12,763 bases of DNA from Bdellovibrio sp. (lineage in GTDB: Bacteria > Bdellovibrionota > Bdellovibrionia > Bdellovibrionales > Bdellovibrionaceae), in the NCBI GenBank assembly GCA_046318155.1, contig JBKCUU010000129.1, positions 1 to 12,763 of the forward strand, read 5' to 3'. Below are positions 5,954 through 12,763 of this stretch, piece by piece. Under the pieces are notes generated by a model that was given only the letters and a program-made list of their open reading frames with translations, was not told the DNA's origin and did no database searches. Position 1 is the stretch's first letter. Each line of letters begins with the position of its first letter. A program made the translations under genes and the position numbers.

Positions 5954-8527
5954 ATGGCAAAGTACAACTACCGAGACGTCGAGCTGAAATGGCAAAACAA
6001 GTGGGACGCCGAAAAGGTTTACCGGGCAAGAAATCCGGGCGACAGCGGCTTTGATCCCACGCAAAAGCCCTATTATGTCCTCGACATGTTCCCCTACCCG
6101 TCGGGCAGTGGACTGCACGTTGGTCATGCCAGTGGTTACATCGGGACCGATATCGTCGCTCGGCACCGCCGCATGCTGGGATATAATGTTTTGCATCCCA
6201 TGGGTTGGGATGCCTTTGGTCTTCCGGCCGAGCAGTACGCGATTCAAACAAATCAACACCCGCGCCAAATTACCGACGTCAATACGGCGAACTTTCGCCG
6301 TCAGTTAAAATTGATTGGTCTTTCGTACGATTGGGACCGTGAAGTGGACACGTCGGATCCCAGCTATTACCGATGGACGCAGTGGATTTTTTTGCAGCTC
6401 TATAAAAAAGGCATGGTCTACCGCAAAGAGATGCCCGTGTGGTGGTGTGAAGAACTCAAAACCGTACTGGCCAATGAAGAAGTCATCAATGGTCGTTCCG
6501 AACGCGGCAATTACATTTGCGAGCGCCGTCCGCTCACGCAATGGGTTTTTAAAATTACGGCTTACGCCGATCGCTTGCTTGAAGATCTTGATCTTTTGGA
6601 CTGGCCCGAGAGCGTGCGCAAGATGCAAGCCGATTGGATCGGCAAATCACTGGGCGCTGAAATTGATTTTGCCATCGACTCGAAGATAGACTCGAAGATA
6701 GACTCGAAGGTCGAATCAAAGACAGATTCAGCCTTGATCACCGTTTTCTCAACCCGCCCAGACACTTTGTTTGGCGTGACGGCTTTAGTCTTAGCCCCCG
6801 AACATCCACTGGTCTCAAAAATCACCACCGCCGCCCAAAGAGCCAGTGTGGATGCCTACGTGAAACGTGCCGCCAGCAAATCAGACCGCGAGCGCAAAGC
6901 TGACGCTGATAAAATCACGGCCGAGAACACTGGCGCCTTTGCTCTGCATCCTCTCACGGGCGAAAAGGTCCCCGTCTTTATTGGTGACTACGTCTTGGCC
7001 GATTACGGCACCGGCGCGGTCATGGCCGTACCGGCCCATGACGAACGTGATTTTGAGTTAGCAAAATCAACAAAGATCGCAATAAAGAAAGTCATCAAGC
7101 CGGCAAGCGGCGACGATAAAGATTGTTTTACGGATCCTGGTCTCATGACCAATTCGGGTGAGTTTGATGGCTTGACCACAGAAGACGGCAAAATCCAAGT
7201 CACCGCCGCTCTTGAGAAAAAGAAAGCGGGACGGGCCCGCACCACCTACAAAATCCGCGATTGGATTTTTTCGCGCCAGCGGTACTGGGGCGAACCCTTT
7301 CCTTTGTTGCTTGATGAAAAAGACCAAATCGTTTTGGCTGAAGAGATTGATCTTCCCATCGAGCTTCCGCCGATGACGGACTTTCAGCCCAGCAGTGATG
7401 GGTCTTCGCCGCTGAACCGTGCGAGCGACTGGGTCCATGTCACCGACAAGTCGGGACGCAAACTCAAACGAGTCACTGATACAATGCCCGGCTGGGCGGG
7501 GTCTTGCTGGTACTACCTCCGTTTTATGGATCCAAAGAACGACAAGGCCGCTTTTTCTCTTGAGGCGATCGAGTACTGGAAGCAGGTCGATCTTTACGTG
7601 GGCGGCGCTTCGCACGCCGTGATGCATTTGCTGTACGCGCGGTTTTGGCACAAAGTATTGTTCGACATCGGTCTCGTGAAAGAGAAAGAGCCTTTCAAAA
7701 AACTGTACAACCAAGGCATGGTCACGGCTTTTGCGTTTAAAGACTCAACCAGCCGCCTCGTCCCCACAGATGAAGTCGAGCAAAAAGGCATGGATTACTT
7801 TCGCAAGTCCAATGGCGAAAGGGTTGAGCGCTTTATTTCAAAAATGGCCAAGTCTTTGCGCAACGTTGTGAATCCCGATGACGTCATCAAGGCCAAAGGC
7901 TGTGACGCCTTTCGCTTGTATGAAATGTTTATGGGCCCGCTCGATTCTGAAAAACCTTGGACCGATGATGGCATCGCCGGCTGTGAAGGGTTTCTGAAAA
8001 AACTTTGGAACACGTGCACGCTTGAAGAAGGCGGGCTCAAACTGCACACGGGCCCCGAGTCCGAAAAGATTTGGCGCTCGCTGCACAAAGCTCTTAAACG
8101 CACGAACGATTCATTCGAGCTGTTTAACTTTAACACGGCGATTGCTGGCATGATGGAAGGCTTGAACGAAATCCGCGACTCTGGCGATGTGATGACCCGC
8201 GCTCAGATGGAGTTCTTCATGAAAATGCTAGCACCCTTTGCACCTCACATGGCCTCAGAGATCTGGACGATGCTGGGGAATCAGACGTTGATCGACTTTG
8301 CGGCTTGGCCGCACTTTGATGCGGCTAAAATTGTCGAGAGCGATTTTGAGCTTGTTTTGCAGGTGAACGGAAAGATCCGCAAAAAAGTTCGGGCTCCCAT
8401 CAACATGGAGGAATCACTCGCCATTCCACTGGCGCACAAAGAATTGGCCGAGCATCTCGTCGGCAAAGAAATTGTAAAAAGTATCTATGTTAAAAACAAG
8501 CTCATGAACATCGTCGTGAAGCCTTAA
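5954..8527 (+). CDS. leuS: Leucine--tRNA ligase
   Basis: DMFPYPSGSGLHVGH (HIGH), GWDAFGLPAE, editing motifs STRPDT and GTGAVMAVPAHDERD, RDWIFSRQRYWGEP, KMAKS (KMSKS) and C-terminal QVNGK. Confidence 0.99.
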   Translation: MAKYNYRDVELKWQNKWDAEKVYRARNPGDSGFDPTQKPYYVLDMFPYPSGSGLHVGHASGYIGTDIVARHRRMLGYNVLHPMGWDAFGLPAEQYAIQTNQHPRQITDVNTANFRRQLKLIGLSYDWDREVDTSDPSYYRWTQWIFLQLYKKGMVYRKEMPVWWCEELKTVLANEEVINGRSERGNYICERRPLTQWVFKITAYADRLLEDLDLLDWPESVRKMQADWIGKSLGAEIDFAIDSKIDSKIDSKVESKTDSALITVFSTRPDTLFGVTALVLAPEHPLVSKITTAAQRASVDAYVKRAASKSDRERKADADKITAENTGAFALHPLTGEKVPVFIGDYVLADYGTGAVMAVPAHDERDFELAKSTKIAIKKVIKPASGDDKDCFTDPGLMTNSGEFDGLTTEDGKIQVTAALEKKKAGRARTTYKIRDWIFSRQRYWGEPFPLLLDEKDQIVLAEEIDLPIELPPMTDFQPSSDGSSPLNRASDWVHVTDKSGRKLKRVTDTMPGWAGSCWYYLRFMDPKNDKAAFSLEAIEYWKQVDLYVGGASHAVMHLLYARFWHKVLFDIGLVKEKEPFKKLYNQGMVTAFAFKDSTSRLVPTDEVEQKGMDYFRKSNGERVERFISKMAKSLRNVVNPDDVIKAKGCDAFRLYEMFMGPLDSEKPWTDDGIAGCEGFLKKLWNTCTLEEGGLKLHTGPESEKIWRSLHKALKRTNDSFELFNFNTAIAGMMEGLNEIRDSGDVMTRAQMEFFMKMLAPFAPHMASEIWTMLGNQTLIDFAAWPHFDAAKIVESDFELVLQVNGKIRKKVRAPINMEESLAIPLAHKELAEHLVGKEIVKSIYVKNKLMNIVVKP
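6677..6730 (+). repeat. In-frame 12-bp tandem repeat in leuS (DSKI-DSKI-DSKV-ESKT-DS)
   Basis: GACTCGAAGATA twice, then GACTCGAAGGTC, GAATCAAAGACA and GATTCA. Confidence 0.9.
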
Positions 8528-8613
8528 CCGGGCTTGTTTGAACCTTAAGAGGTAAGACAGCCTTGCTTCTTGGAGCAAGGTCGGTTAGGAACTCCGCAAC
8601 TGAAGACGCGGAG
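8522..8613 (+). promoter_or_regulatory. Structured intercistronic region, including a hairpin over the SD of the next gene
   Basis: TAACCGG/TCGGTTA outer stem, inner hairpin CCTTGCTT-CTTG-GAGCAAGG, and CTCCGC-N10-GCGGAG (8592-8613), which includes the GGAG SD. Confidence 0.45.
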
Positions 8614-8620
8614 AAAAAAA

Positions 8621-8977
8621 ATGAAAAATTCAAAGCAATCAAAATTTTTGATTTACCTGTTCTTGACTCTGTCGAGCCTCGCCGCAAAGGCTGATTTCGG
8701 TGAAGTTGACTTGATCACTCGCGAAAGTGTCGAGAATCATTTTCGAGAGTATGACCAAGATGTCAAAATGAACACCCTGCAAATTGATCGCGTTTACTCT
8801 GAACCGATCAATTCTTTAGAGCCGCTCGAAAGCACACTTCGCGTCGAGACCTTAGTCAAAGCCTACCACGAAGACCTTTCTGCTTTTGCTTGGTATTCCT
8901 GCCGAACACGAATAAAAGTCAGCAAAGAGCACCGCCTGACTGATTTGGGAACTGATTGCTTTTTGGATGTTGAGTAG
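8621..8977 (+). CDS. Small secreted hypothetical protein (118 aa)
   Basis: ATG at 8621 follows GGAG. Sec signal peptide MKNSKQSKFLIYLFLTLSSLAAKA-D and two C-terminal Cys. Confidence 0.8.
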   Translation: MKNSKQSKFLIYLFLTLSSLAAKADFGEVDLITRESVENHFREYDQDVKMNTLQIDRVYSEPINSLEPLESTLRVETLVKAYHEDLSAFAWYSCRTRIKVSKEHRLTDLGTDCFLDVE

Positions 8978-8990
8978 GCGTGCAAGCCGA

Positions 8991-10274
8991 ATGTCAAAAT
9001 TTTTGTCTGCCAGCCAAGCCATTGAAAAAATTAATCCCAGTGATCGCATTTTTATTCATGGTGGAGCCGCAACCCCACTCACTCTGATTGCGGAGCTCGT
9101 TCGACAAGCAAAGAGATTTCGTCAGGCTGAAATCATTCACTTGCACACTCATGGCGCCGCCGAGTACGCAAAGCCCGAGTACCGCGAAAATTTTCGCGTT
9201 TGCAATTTGTTTGTGGGCGCTAATATTCGCCCCTTCTATGACTTTGATCGGATTGATTACATCCCCTGTTTCTTGTCAGAGATCGGCGCCTTGTTTAAGA
9301 CTGAACAAAGAAAGCCCAACACCGCTCTGATTCATGTATCTCCTCCGGACCAACACGGATTTTGCTCGCTGGGAACCAGCGTTGATGTTGCAAAAGCAGC
9401 TGTCGAAGCCAGCGACTTGGTCATCGCGCAGGTCAACCCCAATCTACCGCGAGTTTTTGGTGATGGAATTTTTCATGTTGATCAAATTGATTACTTTGTC
9501 GAAACAAGTGAGCTCCTTCACCCCTCCAAGCCACCACTACTGACCGATGTCGAACTTCAAATTGGTAAGAATGTGGCCGATTTGATTGAAGATGGTGCGA
9601 CTCTACAAATGGGAATTGGCTCGATTCCGGATGCCGTACTTGCGAGCCTGACAAACCATAAAGACTTAGGCATCCACTCTGAGATGTGGTCGGATGGCGC
9701 GCTCAGATTGATTGAAAAAGGCATCGTGAACAATTCAAAAAAAACTTTTCATCGTGGCAAATCAACAGCCGCCTTCGTGATCGGAACGCAAAGGCTCTAT
9801 GATTTTGTCAATAACAACCCCAGTGTTTTATTGCTCGAAGCCAGCTATGTCAACAATCCCCGAAATATTGCAAGAAACCCAAAAGTTTGTGCGATCAATT
9901 CTGCCGTCGAAGTTGATTTGACCGGGCAAGTTTGCGCCGATTCGATCGGATCTCAAATTATTTCGGGTGTGGGCGGCCAGATTGACTTTATCAGGGGCGC
10001 TTCGCTTTCTGAGGGCGGCCGGCCGGTGATCGCGCTCCCCTCTCGAACGCACAAAGGAATTCCGCGTATTGTTCCGCAACTCAAGTCGGGCGCCGGCGTT
10101 GTCACAACCCGAGCGCATGTGCATGATGTCGCCACCGAGTTTGGCGTGGCTCATCTTTCAGGAAAGACAATTGGCGAACGCGCCAAAGCACTCATTTCGA
10201 TTTCACACCCCGACGACCGTGAATATTTAGAAAAAACATGGCACGACTTAACTAGGCCACAGTATACAAGCTAG
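8991..10274 (+). CDS. Acetyl-CoA hydrolase/transferase family protein (4-hydroxybutyrate CoA-transferase-like)
   Basis: Motifs VSPPDQHGFCSLGTSVD, TLQMGIGSIPDAV, LGIHSEM (catalytic Glu), INSAVEVDLTGQV, SGVGGQIDF and TEFGVA. ATG at 8991 is the likely start. Confidence 0.93.
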   Translation: MSKFLSASQAIEKINPSDRIFIHGGAATPLTLIAELVRQAKRFRQAEIIHLHTHGAAEYAKPEYRENFRVCNLFVGANIRPFYDFDRIDYIPCFLSEIGALFKTEQRKPNTALIHVSPPDQHGFCSLGTSVDVAKAAVEASDLVIAQVNPNLPRVFGDGIFHVDQIDYFVETSELLHPSKPPLLTDVELQIGKNVADLIEDGATLQMGIGSIPDAVLASLTNHKDLGIHSEMWSDGALRLIEKGIVNNSKKTFHRGKSTAAFVIGTQRLYDFVNNNPSVLLLEASYVNNPRNIARNPKVCAINSAVEVDLTGQVCADSIGSQIISGVGGQIDFIRGASLSEGGRPVIALPSRTHKGIPRIVPQLKSGAGVVTTRAHVHDVATEFGVAHLSGKTIGERAKALISISHPDDREYLEKTWHDLTRPQYTS

Positions 10275-10494
10275 GGCCTAATGGTGAAGGAGGTCGCCGC
10301 ACCACAGGCCGATAAGCAACGGCGTGCCGAGCTCCACGAGCGCCGAGATAAAAATCCAACGGCAACTCGCCGTTTCTATAAAGCGCCGACATTTAGCCCA
10401 AGACAAAAGGACCGCCGTTTAAAGCGAGCCTTCGTGCTCATTCGAGCGTCAGCTCACAAGTGGTTTCAATAACGCAGACTTGGAAAATTAGTTA

Positions 10495-12096
10495 TTATTT
10501 TGGTAAAGCAGAAAGTAAGAATCCATCCCTATCGAATGAAAAATTATAGTCACCACCAGTTAAACTAATGGTTGAACCATTTTTCAATGCTAACTTACGA
10601 GGACGGCTGTAGCTTTCAAAACTATAGTTGCCATTAGGGTTAAATTGCACTGATTTAGTCTCAAAGACTTTCTCAACATCTAATAAATCACCGCTATATG
10701 AAGCTGGTATTTTATAAGATAAGAGGGTTCCGCCATAATCTAAACTTGAGTAGCCAACTAAGTTTCTGCCATTTGTTTCAATTTTAACTTTTTTCAACAG
10801 AACTGCCTCAATTTGACTATTGTCATAATTGCTACGAAGTAGTCCATTCAAAAACTTGATGTATGCCTCTGAACAGATGCTACTATTTACATCACAAAGT
10901 TGATCAAGAATCGCTTTTTGATTCATACCTTCCGAAAACTGAAATGAGGATTCTGCAATTAAAATAACTTGTACATTATTATCAAAGGCTAGTTGAATTT
11001 TGTTCTTTGCATGTTTTAAATCGGTCTTCAAAATTTGGAATTCATTTTTAATAGAATCCCACTTCATTTTGATGATTCCACAAAAATCTAAAAATATATC
11101 TGTATTGTCTTGCCACCGACATTCATTTGAATCTGGAGGAATTAAATCGAGCCCATTTCTATTTCCGCTTATAGCTGGAGCGTAAATTTGCTCAAGAACA
11201 CCTTTCTGACTAAACGACATGCTCAGTCCTTTTGGAAAGTTCAGACCATTGAGCGGCACTGGAATGTCGCCAAAATGTGCCTCGAGGAGAAAGTCATTCT
11301 CCATGTTGTAAATACCATCATCCAAATTAGTTCCAAAAGTCTCTGAGCTAGGCCCACTCATGACTTGATAAAGCTTTTGATCTGGGTTCATTGATCCTGC
11401 AAGCACAAACCCTTTGTAAGAAAATCGACTAGAATATGCTTGTTTTCTCAGAGCTGAAAATTGATTGGCAGTCATACGAGATATTTGATCTGAAAAAACT
11501 ATGGCATTAAAATACCGAGTCCATCGAGAATCATTTTGGCCAGTTTCAATTGCCAACCTATAAATCACTTCATGAAATAAAGTCGCTGCTTTATTATCGT
11601 CATCAAGTAAGTTCCAAAGATCTTCATTTATAATATATCTTTTATTTCCATAAGAGCCATCAGAAACCATAACAACGAGTTGTGATATTTTACAATCAAC
11701 CGGGATAATAAGCCCGTTTGAATCCGGAATATCAACAAGTTCAACTCCAGAAACAAAGTTTGTCTCATTAAAAAACGAGTTGATGTACTCATGATATCTT
11801 TTTGCGAGAAGCGGAGAGAAACTATCAAGTCTTGACGCCAAACGATGGGCATTGGCTTGAACTAACTGATATCTATCAAGATTGGAAATCAATGATGATG
11901 CGAAAGGTTTTACATTCAACTTATGTAAAATTCTAGCTTCAAAAATGTCGAGCAACTCAACTTACAACCGAGAGTTTTTTGTGCAAATAACGGCATCTCC
12001 GCCGTTGCCAACAACCTTTACTCCTGAGATAGCAGTACTGGCACAAACGAAAGGTAATAAAAATACCGCGAGGTTTCTAATTTTATTCATTTTCAT
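10495..12096 (-). pseudogene. Secreted GNGG-motif protein (533 codons before the terminal stop) interrupted by one in-frame TAA at codon 45
   Basis: SD AAGGAG, then ATG at 12096 gives MKMNKIRNLAVFLLPFVCASTAISGVKVVGNGGDAVICTKNSRL*VELLDIFEAR... The TAA is at 11964-11962 and the same frame continues as the 486-aa ORF to 10495. Confidence 0.8.
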
Positions 12097-12763
12097 TTTA
12101 AATTCTCCTTGTTTAATAAGCTAAAAATTTGACCGCTGAAACAAATGACGTCGTCACAATCAGTTGATTTTTGATCCCCTAAGGCGACAATCTTATTAAT
12201 TGCTTCATCTAATATCTTTTTAACATTTTCTTTGTTTTTATCCGTTACAGACATCACAACAGTTTTGACAGTTCTCGATTTAACATCTGCGTTTTCAAGT
12301 TTCTTTAACGCTAGGTTCAAAACTGATGTATGAAAATTTCGTATTAACTCATTAGAAATGCCATCTGTGGTTGTAAAAAGTGGAGAGACGTCAATCCATC
12401 TTCCACTTTTTATATCAATTTCTAACAATTTGGCCCCGACAAGTCTTTTAATTGACGCCTCAACAGATGACTCGGGAACTTCTAATTTTTTTGCAATCCA
12501 TTTTGTATTTGTTTGAAAGCTCTTTAGGTATGTTATCTCTAGGATGGCAAGATCAACCCAAGAAGTTAGAGCCTTTAGGGCTTTATTTTGAATCAAATGA
12601 ACGCTGTGATCTCTTTTAAATGAATCTAATTCGATCTTCGCCTGACTTTTTCTCTTTGAGTTTTTCGAGCATTCGACTTGGACAATTTGTTTAAAGTAAA
12701 GCTGCTCCCAATCTGGCAAATTTAACCTCTCGGCTAATTGCAGTGCCAGCCTTTTCGAGATGC
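12093..12763 (-). CDS. TIGR02147 / DUF4423-like putative DNA-binding protein (5' truncated by the window)
   Basis: Frame is open to the window edge (ISKRLALQLAERLNLPDWEQLYF). Also SWVDLAILEI, a wHTH-like WIAKKLEVPESSVEASIKRLVGAKLL, IRNFH and C-terminal QIFSL. The stop overlaps the next ATG (ATGA). Confidence 0.85.
   Translation of the reverse strand, partial: ISKRLALQLAERLNLPDWEQLYFKQIVQVECSKNSKRKSQAKIELDSFKRDHSVHLIQNKALKALTSWVDLAILEITYLKSFQTNTKWIAKKLEVPESSVEASIKRLVGAKLLEIDIKSGRWIDVSPLFTTTDGISNELIRNFHTSVLNLALKKLENADVKSRTVKTVVMSVTDKNKENVKKILDEAINKIVALGDQKSTDCDDVICFSGQIFSLLNKENLK

Larger units (their letters stand above)
10470..12763. other. AT-rich accessory segment
   Basis: Visible drop in GC. 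Hand counts give 18/60 GC at 11581-11640 and 14/60 at 12181-12240, against 38/60 at 6121-6180 in leuS. No integrase or transposase is visible in the window. Confidence 0.75.

Noticed and set aside
7067..7714. 215-aa antisense ORF and the other short ORFs overlapping the main genes
   Set aside because: They are shadow frames of well-supported genes and have no motifs or SD support.
8522..8590. Integron attC site (CCTTAAC...GTTAGGA, with the leuS stop inside the left box)
   Set aside because: It follows a core housekeeping gene, there is no integrase or second site, and the pairing relies on top-strand G-T pairs that would be mismatches on the recombinogenic bottom strand.
8598..8620. Hammerhead ribozyme core (CTGAAGA...GAAA)
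   Set aside because: There is no stem II between the motifs and no stem III or cleavage triplet.
10308..10315. GCCGATAA sigma-28 -10 box
   Set aside because: There is no -35 element at the correct spacing and no credible downstream plus-strand gene.
10281..10472. 63-aa ORF
   Set aside because: It has no SD, no recognisable domain, and overlies degenerate repeats, so it is probably spurious.

Overview
Bacterial chromosomal segment. The gene set and motifs (TIGR02147-like gene, GNGG-motif secreted protein, RxPAS motifs, PutA C-terminus) suggest Bdellovibrionota; this is inference. In order: the 3' end of putA (+); a minus-strand three-gene unit (membrane-anchored hypothetical, RDD-domain protein, rhomboid protease) with a good sigma-54 promoter; a small Fis/NtrC-type HTH protein with no AAA+ domain and a sigma-28-like promoter; a hairpin-rich intergenic region with a 61-bp tandem repeat; an acidic hypothetical (-); then leuS, a small secreted protein and an acetyl-CoA hydrolase/CoA-transferase (+). 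From about 10470 the DNA becomes AT-rich and carries a TIGR02147-like gene coupled to a secreted-protein gene interrupted by one in-frame TAA. The most interesting signals are a possible sigma-28 / HTH protein / GTCTCA-N3-TGAGAC / sigma-54 circuit, the stacked hairpin repeat, a hairpin covering the RDD start codon, structured UTR elements and the interrupted island gene.
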